Source of the DNA: Candidatus Micrarchaeia archaeon
GTDB lineage: Archaea > Micrarchaeota > Micrarchaeia > CABMEP01
Assembly (NCBI GenBank): GCA_038881595.1
Contig: JAVZPM010000004.1
Span: forward strand, 1-64,000
Reading direction: 5' to 3'
Length of the DNA stretch: 64,000 nucleotides
The position numbers and the translations under genes were made by a program. Position 1 is the first letter of the stretch, and each line of letters begins with the position of its first letter. This document shows positions 26,694-36,643 of the stretch, in pieces. A model generated the notes under the pieces. It saw nothing but the letters and a program-made list of their open reading frames with translations, ran no database searches and was not told the origin of the DNA.

Positions 26694-29447
26694 TTAATGA
26701 AACTCCCAGAATCTCTTTGTTCTTATAAATGTCTTCTGTGCTTCAAGGAGGGCTGCATAAAACTCGTCTTCATTCTTATATGGCCTGCTAAGAATGGAGG
26801 ATGCCTTAGTTGGGCCTATTCCATATGTAGAAAGCGTGATAACGCCATTCCTTCCTGAGGCACTTATTATGGCTGCCGATCTTTCAAGTTTTTCTCTCCA
26901 GCTTTTTTCCTCTGAATTAAGCCTCTTTTTCTTTAATAGCTTTCTAACGTCCTCTACAGAGACGAAATTAGGCACTATTGTAACAACACTGCTTCCGCAC
27001 TTTGGGCATTTTACCTTTTCCTGCAATGTTCCAATAAATGAAATCCAATCCTTTCCGCAATGCATGCAATATAAAACAACTGATTTGCCAAGCAACTTAG
27101 CTTTAAATGCCTTTATTATTTCTGATGTTGGCTCTATTGATGCGATAAGCTCTGATCCATGATTTCTTATGAGTGCACGCGTTGCTACTGGAGAGAGTTT
27201 CTTCACATGCACTGAATGGACAGAAATCTCTTTCTTTGCAATTCCATCAAGTATTTTTTGCGCATTCTTCAGATCATAATAGGAAGAATAAACATCCCTA
27301 AGCGTCTCTTCATAAACTGGTGTTCCTACAAAGGCCTGGATGAAACGATCTGAAATCCTAGGGGTTTCACGGAACAAATTAAACATCTTACCTATGTGGA
27401 TGAATTTGAATCTAAAAAGCTTATGCTTAGAAAGATGAGATTCCAAATCTGATTTTATATCCGATCTGGCTATGGCTAAAAGCTGATCCTTTACTACATT
27501 TGACTCTGTCTTCCTTGGAAGAATCAATGCTATTCTATACGCATCCACAAGCGTTTTTATTGACGAACCATATTCTTTTGATAATCTCTCTGCAAGCACT
27601 GCAGCTAATGTTCTGTTTGCATTAAGGCCACCGAGTACGTGTATTACAGCAACATCATTCCAGCATTCTATAAGAATGTTTTTATTTGTTGGCATCATTT
27701 CCCTGAATTCTGGTGAATCAATTAAATCCTTTATAGCTTCTGCTTCTATTCCTGTTTCTTTTGCTGCTTTATTTATGTCTTCTGATTCCTTTAGAAGCTC
27801 CTTGATGATGGTTCTTAATTTTCCAACTGTCTGTGCAACTTCATAGCTTGTTGGTATTTCTTCCCCCTCCCAATCTGGAATAGCTGCACTGATATCATCC
27901 GCTGCCTCCACCACTACAATTCTCCTCTCATTATCAATATCAAGTATCCTCCATGGAACCCCTTTAGTTATGAAAAGCTCGTTTGTTTCAAAGAAAGAAA
28001 CAAAATCCTCATCAAGAGTTGATATTATCTTGTTTGTTGCTGCATCCTTCACAAGGAATTTTTCAACAGATGGAATGGTGGAAAGATGCTCATAGTAGTA
28101 TAAACGTGTAGAAGACATTCTCTGTAGCATGTTTCCGTTCTTTTTCAAAAGCCTTTTATCTTCCATAAAGTTAATTACAGATAAAAACTTCTCTGGATGA
28201 AGTGTTGAATATGGATAGGCTCTCTTTATTACGCTATAAACCTCCTCTGTACTTACTTCCTTCTCTCTTTCAATCAATATACCTGCAATCTGATGTGCAA
28301 GAACATCTAATGCATTTTCACAGATATGCTGTTCTTCCAACTGACCTTCTTCTATTAATTTTAACAGTGCATGAGCCTCAAATATATCATCTGGATCTGC
28401 ACATATAATTGTTCCTTTTGAAGTTCCTTTTATAGTATGTCCGCTTCTTCCTACTCTCTGAACAAGTCTTGAAACCTGTCTAGGTGACATGTATTGGATT
28501 ACATGTGAAATATCTCCTATATCTATTCCAAGCTCTAATGAAGAAGTAGCAACAAGAGCATGAAGCTTTCCGTTTTTGAAATCATCCTCTAATTGAATTC
28601 TTACTTCTTTTGAAAGAGAGCCATGGTGAACTGCTATCTTTGGATCTAACTTCATCAACCTAGAACCGAGAATCTCAGCGATAGAGCGGGTGTTTACAAA
28701 TATAAGAGTGTGTTGATGCTGTATAATTTTTTGAATTTCCTTTAATCTTGCAACAGCAGCTGAATCGATCTGAAGTTCATTTGCTTCTTTTTCATAGTGA
28801 ATTGCTGGTTGAGGGTAAGAAATCTCAAATTTCATTGACTTTAGATACTTTAAGTCAACTATTTCACATGAACGAAATCCGCACAAAAATTGAGACAACT
28901 TTATTGGATCTGAAACTGTGGCGCTTATACCTATTCTTTGAAATTCGCCTGCTTTCTCTGCTAATCTTTCTAGGCCTATTGAAAGTTGTGCTCCTCTTTT
29001 GCTATCTGCAAGCTCATGAAGTTCATCTACTATTACATATTTTACATTTCTAAGATGCTCACCTATTTTCTTTGCAGGTAGAATAGCTTGAAGGGTTTCG
29101 GGGGTTGTAATAAGAAACTGTGGAGGTGATTTAGCCTGTAAAGATCTTTCAGAAGTTCCTGTATCTCCGTGTCTTACTGCAATAGTTATTCCTATTTCTT
29201 TTGCCCATTCCGTCAGTCTTTTAAGCATATCTCTATTTAAAGCACGAAGAGGAGTGATATAAATAGCTGCTATTCCTTTAAGATTGCTTTCTTTTATCTT
29301 TTCCATTATTGGTACAGCTGCAGTCTCTGTTTTTCCTGAGCCGGTTGGTGCTATTATTAAAACGTTCTTTCCTTGTTGCACTAAAGGAATTGCTTGCTTC
29401 TGTATTTCTGTAAGAGAACCAAATTTTTTAATTATCAAATGTGACAT
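26694..29447 (-). CDS. lhr: Lhr-like SF2 helicase
   Basis: APTGSGKT, PLRALNRD, DELH, SAT, HHGSLS, SSLELGID and QRVGRSGH motifs, with a C-terminal zinc finger. Confidence 0.93.
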   Translation of the reverse strand: MSHLIIKKFGSLTEIQKQAIPLVQQGKNVLIIAPTGSGKTETAAVPIMEKIKESNLKGIAAIYITPLRALNRDMLKRLTEWAKEIGITIAVRHGDTGTSERSLQAKSPPQFLITTPETLQAILPAKKIGEHLRNVKYVIVDELHELADSKRGAQLSIGLERLAEKAGEFQRIGISATVSDPIKLSQFLCGFRSCEIVDLKYLKSMKFEISYPQPAIHYEKEANELQIDSAAVARLKEIQKIIQHQHTLIFVNTRSIAEILGSRLMKLDPKIAVHHGSLSKEVRIQLEDDFKNGKLHALVATSSLELGIDIGDISHVIQYMSPRQVSRLVQRVGRSGHTIKGTSKGTIICADPDDIFEAHALLKLIEEGQLEEQHICENALDVLAHQIAGILIEREKEVSTEEVYSVIKRAYPYSTLHPEKFLSVINFMEDKRLLKKNGNMLQRMSSTRLYYYEHLSTIPSVEKFLVKDAATNKIISTLDEDFVSFFETNELFITKGVPWRILDIDNERRIVVVEAADDISAAIPDWEGEEIPTSYEVAQTVGKLRTIIKELLKESEDINKAAKETGIEAEAIKDLIDSPEFREMMPTNKNILIECWNDVAVIHVLGGLNANRTLAAVLAERLSKEYGSSIKTLVDAYRIALILPRKTESNVVKDQLLAIARSDIKSDLESHLSKHKLFRFKFIHIGKMFNLFRETPRISDRFIQAFVGTPVYEETLRDVYSSYYDLKNAQKILDGIAKKEISVHSVHVKKLSPVATRALIRNHGSELIASIEPTSEIIKAFKAKLLGKSVVLYCMHCGKDWISFIGTLQEKVKCPKCGSSVVTIVPNFVSVEDVRKLLKKKRLNSEEKSWREKLERSAAIISASGRNGVITLSTYGIGPTKASSILSRPYKNEDEFYAALLEAQKTFIRTKRFWEFH

Positions 29448-29536
29448 ATTTTCACAATCCAGAATTAAACTAATAAATGTAATATTAAAAATAGAAAAAC
29501 ACCTATTTAATACTTATTAAACATGATTTCTTATGA

Positions 29537-30139
29537 TTATTTTTGTTTCAGATGAGATGGAATTTTATATTTTTTAAATTCATCTAACAGAATCTTTCCA
29601 TATATCAATCTTGAAAATGATTCAGCTATAAATTTTGCTCCTGTGATTGCAATATGAGGGTGAGGTTCTTCTGGAAGTCCAACGTAATTGAATACATAAT
29701 CAGACGTTATGTTTGCTTTATTCCATTTCATAGGAATTGCTATTCCTTTTCTTAAATGATCTGCATAACAAATAGAATGAAGATCTACAGATCTTGATTG
29801 AATTCTATGGTTTAAATTATATATTTCAATAGCTGCTTGAATAAATTTCGAATCAAATGAACCAAAATTATGTCCTGCAAGAGTTTGATTTTCAGACTTA
29901 AGAAGCCATGAAAGAAACTCGCTTATCGCTTCTTTAAGTGAAGGCTTATTTGGGTCAAACAAAGAATCTCTCTTAAATCCATTTACACTTAAAGCAGCTT
30001 CTTCTATAATTGCCCCTTCCCATGGCCTGCATTCTCGATAAAATTGCCTCTTAGGATTGGAAAAATCCACTGCGCCTATACTAATTATAGAATTTTTCTT
30101 AGGATCGAGACCTGTTGTTTCTACATCTATTACTATCGG
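29537..30139 (-). CDS. DEDD 3'-5' exonuclease paralog lacking a canonical start codon (possible pseudogene or ATA start)
   Basis: The frame extends upstream of the GTG at 30070 to PIVIDVETTG. CCG occupies the position where the paralog has ATG, after an intact AGGTGA RBS. Confidence 0.8.
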   Translation of the reverse strand, partial: PIVIDVETTGLDPKKNSIISIGAVDFSNPKRQFYRECRPWEGAIIEEAALSVNGFKRDSLFDPNKPSLKEAISEFLSWLLKSENQTLAGHNFGSFDSKFIQAAIEIYNLNHRIQSRSVDLHSICYADHLRKGIAIPMKWNKANITSDYVFNYVGLPEEPHPHIAITGAKFIAESFSRLIYGKILLDEFKKYKIPSHLKQK

Positions 30140-30211
30140 ATTATCACCTTAGAAAAAACACAGTTGTAATATAAAAAGATTGTGATAAGCAAAAAATACA
30201 GTTTCAACAAA

Positions 30212-30808
30212 TCAAATATTAAGATAACTTGGAACAGTATACATTGCAAATTCAGGAAGAAGAGACTTTCCATAAAGAAGGCGTGAAAAGGCTTCAGCTG
30301 CTGCCTTTGCACCAAATAATGCATTGTGCGGAACCGGCTCATCTGGTAAGCCTACATAGTTAAGAACCTTGTTAAAACTCAGATCAGTTCTGTTGTCTTT
30401 AAGTGGAGGAATAATGCCTCTCTTAAGATGGTGGGTGTAGCAGACTGAATGAAGATCTACGATTCTTCTATGCGGCTTCCAGGAAAGATTGTAAATTTCA
30501 GCTGTTTCTTTTAAGAAAGCCCAATCAAATCCAAAGTTATGGCCACCGAGTGTTTGATTTTCTGATTCGCTAACCCATTTAAGAAAGTTGTTCATTGCCT
30601 CATAAAGAGTTTTTCTGTCTTCATCAAGAATCTGCTCCTTGGTAAATCCATTAACTGCTAACGCATCATCGTCTATTTCCGCTCCATTCCATGGCCTGCA
30701 TTCTTCATAAAATGTCCTTTCAGGATGAAGGAAATCTATTGCTCCTATGCTGACTATTGAATTCTTTTTAGGATTGACACCTGTAGTTTCAAGATCTACA
30801 ATTAACAT
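30212..30808 (-). CDS. DEDD-family 3'-5' exonuclease (DnaQ-like)
   Basis: VDLETTG, GHNFGFD and HNALFGA motifs. Confidence 0.88.
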   Translation of the reverse strand: MLIVDLETTGVNPKKNSIVSIGAIDFLHPERTFYEECRPWNGAEIDDDALAVNGFTKEQILDEDRKTLYEAMNNFLKWVSESENQTLGGHNFGFDWAFLKETAEIYNLSWKPHRRIVDLHSVCYTHHLKRGIIPPLKDNRTDLSFNKVLNYVGLPDEPVPHNALFGAKAAAEAFSRLLYGKSLLPEFAMYTVPSYLNI

Positions 30809-30891
30809 TTTATCACCTGTTGAGGATTTAGTTTATTTGAATATAAAAGAAAGACATTTGGTTAAATATAAATAACTAATAATTAAAACAA

Positions 30892-31356
30892 TTACTTCTG
30901 TTCTTCGTACATTTTTTGAAGGATATTTAACGATTGCTTTATGTTAAAGAATGCCATGTATGCTCTTTTTTGATATGTTGTTTCTAGAGCTGAAGAAAGA
31001 TCATCATATTGAAATCCTGAAAAACGATATGTGCCTCTATTGTCTTCAAGTATTCCCATCTTTCTAAGCTGTGTTAAGTGATATCTTATTGTTTTTTCAT
31101 TCATTTGAATGTTATTCTTTGAAAAATATTCAACTAGATCTTGATAGTTCGGTTCTTTCTTCTCTTTAAGATGATAATAAAGAAGCGCCTCAAGAACATT
31201 TAAAACTGACTGTCTTGACTCATTTTTTGATATTATTCCTAAAGATAAAGCTAACCATCTTACTAGAGATTTTCTTGTCATTTTTACTTCATCATTCAAA
31301 TCCATGTCCCGGAGAATAATTTCTGACTTTATAAGTTTTGATTCTGGAATTTCCAT
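30892..31356 (-). CDS. Winged-helix DNA-binding protein
   Basis: EKTIRYHLTQLRKMGILE..RGTYRF wHTH pattern. Confidence 0.65.
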   Translation of the reverse strand: MEIPESKLIKSEIILRDMDLNDEVKMTRKSLVRWLALSLGIISKNESRQSVLNVLEALLYYHLKEKKEPNYQDLVEYFSKNNIQMNEKTIRYHLTQLRKMGILEDNRGTYRFSGFQYDDLSSALETTYQKRAYMAFFNIKQSLNILQKMYEEQK

Positions 31357-31411
31357 AAATATATTAGAACAGCAAAATTTAATATTCTTGCATGTGATTT
31401 AATAAAGTTAG

Positions 31412-32431
31412 GTGAAGAAAATGGTTTCAAAGGATAAGATAAAAAAGGCACACGATGCAAATTATAAAGAATCAGAAGAACCTGATGAATTGCCTATTGT
31501 TAAAGGTTATGATTTTGACGAATTTAAAATTAATAAGGAAGCAAATGAGTTAATAAATTCATATTACAACATAGGAATGCAAGCATCTCATCTTGGTAAG
31601 GCTATAGAAATAGCTAAAGAAATGAGAAGAGGGAATGCAGATATTTTTTTAGCCTATAATTCAAATATGGTAAGTTCTGGTATAAGGGACGTTATAAGAT
31701 ATCTTGTAAAGCATAAAATGGTTAAGGCCTTAGTTACAACTACAGGTGGAGTGGAAGAAGATATTTTGAAAACGTTTGGCAATTTTTATGTTGGGGATTT
31801 TAGAGCTGACGGTGCTGAATTAAGGAAAAAAGGAATTAATAGAATAGGGAATGTTTTTGTCCCAAATAATAGATACATTGAATTTGAAAAGATGATGCAT
31901 CCTTTCTTAAAGGATTTGCTTGAAGAGCAAAGAAGCACAGGACATATTCATACTCCTTCTGAATTTATTCATAAATTAGGACTTAAAGTTCAGGATGAAA
32001 AATCAATTTATTATTGGGCTTCGAGAAATAATATTCCAACATTCTGCCCAGCCTTAACAGATGGATCAATAGGTGATATGATCTACTTCTTTAGAGAAAG
32101 TGATAAGAAAAATGCTGACTTCAGAATTGACATAGCTGCAGACATGAATAAACTTGTTAATATGGTTTTAGATGCAAAGAAAACAGGTGTAATAGTTCTA
32201 GGTGGTGGGATAATAAAGCACCATATAATGAATGCAAATTTATATAGAAACGGAGCTGATTATACTATTTACATAAATACAGAAATTGAAGAGGGCGGGT
32301 CAGACAGTGGTGCAAGACCTGATGAGGCCGTGTCTTGGGGAAAAATAAAGCCAGGCACAAAAAGTGTTAAGGTATTCTGCGATGCAACTATTGCATTTCC
32401 ATTGCTTGTAGCTGGTGCATTCACAAAATAA
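31412..32431 (+). CDS. dys: Deoxyhypusine synthase
   Basis: SNMVSSG.R, TTTGGVEED, NRIGN, DGSIGD and GSDSGARPDEAVSWGK motifs. Confidence 0.96.
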   Translation: MKKMVSKDKIKKAHDANYKESEEPDELPIVKGYDFDEFKINKEANELINSYYNIGMQASHLGKAIEIAKEMRRGNADIFLAYNSNMVSSGIRDVIRYLVKHKMVKALVTTTGGVEEDILKTFGNFYVGDFRADGAELRKKGINRIGNVFVPNNRYIEFEKMMHPFLKDLLEEQRSTGHIHTPSEFIHKLGLKVQDEKSIYYWASRNNIPTFCPALTDGSIGDMIYFFRESDKKNADFRIDIAADMNKLVNMVLDAKKTGVIVLGGGIIKHHIMNANLYRNGADYTIYINTEIEEGGSDSGARPDEAVSWGKIKPGTKSVKVFCDATIAFPLLVAGAFTK

Positions 32432-32516
32432 TAAACAGATAAAATAATAATATAAAATAAGAAACATAAAATACATAAAAACTAAACTTTTTAAACTGAA
32501 GCTTATAAACTAGATT

Positions 32517-33425
32517 ATGGCAGATAAGAAGGAAAAATCAATATTGCCTAAAGTAAACTTTATGGGGCTTGATGTAACTTATGAAGAAGCAAGAGCAGTG
32601 ATACTTCCTGCACCTTTCGCTTCAACATCTATTTCTGAACAAACACTTCTTGGACCTTCAGAGATCCTTGAAAACTGGAACATGGAGGATTATGACCTTC
32701 AGCTGAATTATTCTCCATGCGCAGCAAGAATCTATCCTCTTCCTGAAAGAATTTATTCAGGAGATGCTGGATTGAATTCCATATATATGAACACAAAAAA
32801 GATAATCCAGGATGGAAAGTTTCCAGTAGTACTTGGAGGTGATCAGGCTGTTTCTCTAGCTACAGTAAAAGCTGCAAGTGAAGAGATGAAGAAAAAAGGC
32901 GAAGAATTCAGTGTTCTAATCATTGATGCCCACACAGATATGAAAGATGAATTTGAAGGAAATAAAAATTCTAATCTTTCTGTCACAAAGAGGCTTGTTG
33001 AGAATAAAATAAAAGTAAGTTTGTTGGGAACCAGGAGCATAGGAAGCGAAGAAATTGATGAAGCTGAAAAGCTTGATGCTTATTGCAGAATAAGCAACCA
33101 GAAGGAGCTCAATGATTTTCTAAAGGGTATTGAAGATAATATTTACATAAGCATAGATGTGGATGCATTTGATCCTTCCTTAATGCCTGCAACATTAATG
33201 CCTGAGCCCTGGGGACTAAGTTGGGATGAGGTTGTAAGTCCATTGATAAAAATAGGAGAAAAAAGGAATATAATAGGAGTTGATATAACTGAACATGCAC
33301 CAATAAATGGCTTCAAAATGCCATCCATCATATGTGCACAACTTGCATATAAATTGATAGGAATCAAATTCAAGAGACAGGCAGAAGAAGAAGGATGGGA
33401 AGAATGCTATGAGGGAATGAAATAA
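32517..33425 (+). CDS. speB: Agmatinase-like ureohydrolase
   Basis: GGDQ (canonical GGxH), DAHTD and SIDVDAFDPS..P...PEP.GL motifs. Confidence 0.8.
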   Translation: MADKKEKSILPKVNFMGLDVTYEEARAVILPAPFASTSISEQTLLGPSEILENWNMEDYDLQLNYSPCAARIYPLPERIYSGDAGLNSIYMNTKKIIQDGKFPVVLGGDQAVSLATVKAASEEMKKKGEEFSVLIIDAHTDMKDEFEGNKNSNLSVTKRLVENKIKVSLLGTRSIGSEEIDEAEKLDAYCRISNQKELNDFLKGIEDNIYISIDVDAFDPSLMPATLMPEPWGLSWDEVVSPLIKIGEKRNIIGVDITEHAPINGFKMPSIICAQLAYKLIGIKFKRQAEEEGWEECYEGMK

Positions 33426-33478
33426 AATGTAAAGTAGAATGAAATAAAAATAGAAGTAAAAATAAAATTAAATGAAAA

Positions 33479-34786
33479 TTGTTAGATAATTTAATGCTAA
33501 AAATCATATTGAGAGGGAGAAAGATGGAAGGGAAAAGTAGAATGATAGAAGGAAAAACAATTGATAAAAAGATGAGAATTGGAATATTCATGCTTCTTGT
33601 TGCTTTGATTTCACTGATTTTCCTGTATGGCTGCATAGAAAAGAATGTTGAAACTGGACCGATTATAAAGAAGAATGAAACAAATTTGAATCAGACGAAT
33701 CAGACTTTGCCTGGAAACGAGACAAACCAGACAATTCCGAAAAAATGTGAAGATCTGCTTGTTGGAAAGGAAAAATGCATAATTGAAAGAGCTTATAACA
33801 ATAACGATATAGAGGATTGTGAAATTCTCTCAAAAGAAGAGTTTGATCAAAAATATTATGTTGAGTGCATATCAAAGCTTTCTGAATACAACTATAGCTA
33901 TTGCAATAAATTGAATGGAAGCGAAAAAGACTTATGCTTTAGAAATGCAGCAGCTAAATTCGGGGATTCTGCATGCAATATGATACAAAATTCCACTCTA
34001 AGGAACGATTGCCTTTTAAGAGACTATGCAGAAGAATGCAAGAAATTAAACGACAGCTACCTGCTTAACATATGCAATGCAATAACAAAGAGCGATGCTT
34101 CTTTATGTGAAAAAATGGCGACACAGCTTCAAAAAGATGAATGCTATCTAAACTATTCCATAAGTCTTTCAGAAAATCGATGTGAAATGATATCTAATCT
34201 TGGGATAAAGACAGCGTGTGAAAGCATAATTTATAAAAATGTCCAATGTGGAACGATAGAAAATATCCAAATAAAGGATTACTGTTATCAATATTACTCT
34301 GTCTACACTTCTTCATGTTCTTGGTGTAATGTTATATCTGAAATAAATTACAAAGATGACTGCTATCAGAAATGCGCCATAAGGGCTGGAGACATGAATT
34401 TCTGTAAAGAACTATCGACAGAACAAAAAAGAGATTCATGCTATTGGGATTATGCAATAACAAGCAAGAATGTGGATGGATGTGACAAAATAAAGACAAT
34501 AATGCTGAAAAAAGTATGCGTTCAGAATGTGGCAAAAGCAAACGCGATGCCATCTGAATGTGAAATTCTGTTAAATACGTCAAGCTTGACAAGAAAAGAT
34601 GTTTCTGATTGTTATCTGCAAGTTATAGCTGGAAGTAAGGTTTCATTTGAAAATTGTTTAAGAATGAATGATGGATATTATAAAGACCAATGCATATATA
34701 TGGCTATAAAAAGAGAACAGCTGGCAACTGACTACTGTGCGTATATAATTGACAATTCTTTAAGGAATGAATGCATGAAGGGATAA
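33479..34786 (+). CDS. Cysteine-rich repeat surface protein or lipoprotein (start probably ~33572)
   Basis: Hydrophobic leader ending LYGC, followed by ~25-aa repeats of the form C..I....KD.CY...A. Confidence 0.75.
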   Translation: MLDNLMLKIILRGRKMEGKSRMIEGKTIDKKMRIGIFMLLVALISLIFLYGCIEKNVETGPIIKKNETNLNQTNQTLPGNETNQTIPKKCEDLLVGKEKCIIERAYNNNDIEDCEILSKEEFDQKYYVECISKLSEYNYSYCNKLNGSEKDLCFRNAAAKFGDSACNMIQNSTLRNDCLLRDYAEECKKLNDSYLLNICNAITKSDASLCEKMATQLQKDECYLNYSISLSENRCEMISNLGIKTACESIIYKNVQCGTIENIQIKDYCYQYYSVYTSSCSWCNVISEINYKDDCYQKCAIRAGDMNFCKELSTEQKRDSCYWDYAITSKNVDGCDKIKTIMLKKVCVQNVAKANAMPSECEILLNTSSLTRKDVSDCYLQVIAGSKVSFENCLRMNDGYYKDQCIYMAIKREQLATDYCAYIIDNSLRNECMKG

Positions 34787-34880
34787 AAGAGAAATATAAA
34801 AGTAAGAGAATAAGAAGAGAATAAAGAAACAAGAAATAAAGGAAATAAAAAATAAAGAAAATAAGAATTTACTCTTCTAA

Positions 34881-35558
34881 TTACTCTTCTGCTTCTTCTT
34901 TTGCTTCTATTTCTTTAGCCTCTTTTTCAGACTCTTCTACTTCCTTTTTCTCTTCTGCTGTGAGGGAGGTAAGCTCAAAGTCTTCTGGCTTGTATTTGAA
35001 TTCTGAATCGTCCTTAATCATTCCTTTTGCCTTCATAAGTTCTTTTGAAAGAAGATAGAAAACAAATGGGACTGATTTCTTTCCTTTGTTATTACAAGGA
35101 ATGAAGTAGTCAAGATTTTTTATTGAATTATCTGTATCTGCCAATCCTACATTCAATGTACCACTAAATGTTCCTTCTATAAGAGCCTGTTTTTCTACTC
35201 TTGGATCACAAACGAATATTACTTGTGGTTCAAAGAAATTTTCATTTGAAGGATTTGTAAATGTACCTGGAATAAATCTTCCTAAAAATGATTTAGCACC
35301 AAATATTTCTGCAAACTTTTTCGCAGCAGGAACTGCATAAACACGAGATGCTACTACAGCTACCTTAGACATATCATACTTACTAAGGAGCTTAGCCATA
35401 TTCTTTATTCTGCTATCTATCATCTCAACATTAAGCATCACAAGCTTATCTTTTCTAAATTTATATACAAATTTCTTCATCCATTTGCTGGATACTCTGG
35501 TTCCAATGTGAACACCAGCTTCAAGATATTTTTCTTGAAGATTTTCATTTTCAACCAT
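34881..35558 (-). CDS. rps2: 30S ribosomal protein uS2
   Basis: YLEAGVHIGT, GRFIPGTFTNP and PCNNKG motifs. Confidence 0.96.
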   Translation of the reverse strand: MVENENLQEKYLEAGVHIGTRVSSKWMKKFVYKFRKDKLVMLNVEMIDSRIKNMAKLLSKYDMSKVAVVASRVYAVPAAKKFAEIFGAKSFLGRFIPGTFTNPSNENFFEPQVIFVCDPRVEKQALIEGTFSGTLNVGLADTDNSIKNLDYFIPCNNKGKKSVPFVFYLLSKELMKAKGMIKDDSEFKYKPEDFELTSLTAEEKKEVEESEKEAKEIEAKEEAEE

Positions 35559-35609
35559 TTGATCAACCTTCTAATTATAATCTCAAACTAATTAACATCA
35601 TTGAGATAA

Positions 35610-35720
35610 TGGGGCCGCCGAGATTTGTTCAACCATCAGGCAGATTTTCAACCTGAAGTTCTTGAACTCGGGTCGCCACCACCCCAAGGTGGAAGCCTAA
35701 CCAGGCTAGCAGACAGCCCC
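35610..35720 (-). tRNA. tRNA-Pro(GGG) with a 37-nt intron at 58/59 (35625-35661)
   Basis: Acceptor GGGGCTG/CGGCCCC, anticodon arm CCACC-TTGGGGT-GGTGG. The T-loop is interrupted by a BHB (GTTC/GAAC helix, bulges AAG and AAA). Confidence 0.9.
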
Positions 35721-35798
35721 GCTCTCAAGCGACCATCCAATATATAATTATTTTAATTATTTTGATTTTATCTCAAGCTCACAAACCACCTTTTGAAT

Positions 35799-35996
35799 TT
35801 AATGACCTTTATAATGTATTACCTCATCACTAAGATCAACATACGAAATAAACATTCTTCTGCAGCAGTACTTCTTTACTCCAAGTTCATCTAAAACTGC
35901 TGCTGTATCTTTACCCTGTGATGTTTTTTCTTTGTAGGCTTCAAATAAATGACCTATTGGCTTCCCACATGAGAAGCATCTTATTGGTGGCAACAT
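35799..35996 (-). CDS. rpoN: RNA polymerase subunit N (Rpo10)
   Basis: PIRCFSCGK...YCCRRM. Confidence 0.96.
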   Translation of the reverse strand: MLPPIRCFSCGKPIGHLFEAYKEKTSQGKDTAAVLDELGVKKYCCRRMFISYVDLSDEVIHYKGH

Positions 35997-36097
35997 TTCA
36001 TTACCTCTTTTATTAACTTCTTTATTTTTATTTATTATTTAAGTGCTATAATTTGAATATACATCAAGGAAATTTTAAAATAATCTAAATAATCTAA

Positions 36098-36643
36098 TTA
36101 TCTGTATGATTTCTGGAATCTCGCTCTTGCTTTTCTTCCTTTGAACTTCTTAGGTTCTACCTGTCTTACATCGTCTATAAGCATAAATCTATCATATGCC
36201 AGCATTTCCTTCTTTAGTTGTGAATCTTTTGTATATGCAACAAGCGCCTTAGCAATTGCAGATCTTACTGCCTGCGCTTGACCCATCTGTCCTCCACCGT
36301 ATACATTAACATCAATATCTACTTGTGAAATATAATCATTTGCAATCTTAAGTGGTTCAGAAATTAATGTTTTAACATAAGGATTATCTATCGCATTCAA
36401 ATTCATCTTATTTATTCTAACTATTCCTTTACCAGGTTTTATAGTAGATCTTGCAATTGCCATTTTTCTTCTTGCTGATACCACTATTTGTTTTTTAGAA
36501 GTTCTTTTCTTTACTTTTGAATCTTGTTTTGACTCTTTTTCTTCCACACTCTGCTCTAAATTCTCTTTCTCTAATTTCTCAGAAGATTCAATTTTTTCAA
36601 CATCAGCCGCTTCTGCGGTTTTAGTAGTTTTACGCTTTGCCAT
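36098..36643 (-). CDS. rps9: 30S ribosomal protein uS9
   Basis: GGGQMGQAQA and ARARFQKSYR. Confidence 0.96.
   Translation of the reverse strand: MAKRKTTKTAEAADVEKIESSEKLEKENLEQSVEEKESKQDSKVKKRTSKKQIVVSARRKMAIARSTIKPGKGIVRINKMNLNAIDNPYVKTLISEPLKIANDYISQVDIDVNVYGGGQMGQAQAVRSAIAKALVAYTKDSQLKKEMLAYDRFMLIDDVRQVEPKKFKGRKARARFQKSYR

Noticed and set aside
23551..29447. Inteins in nrdJ or lhr
   Set aside because: Lengths are normal and no C/S...HN-C/S/T insertion interrupts the conserved motifs.
34787..34870. Purine-rich quasi-repeats (AATAAAGAAA-like)
   Set aside because: No fixed repeat/spacer period, so not a CRISPR array. It is likely the T-rich terminator zone of the minus-strand ribosomal operon.
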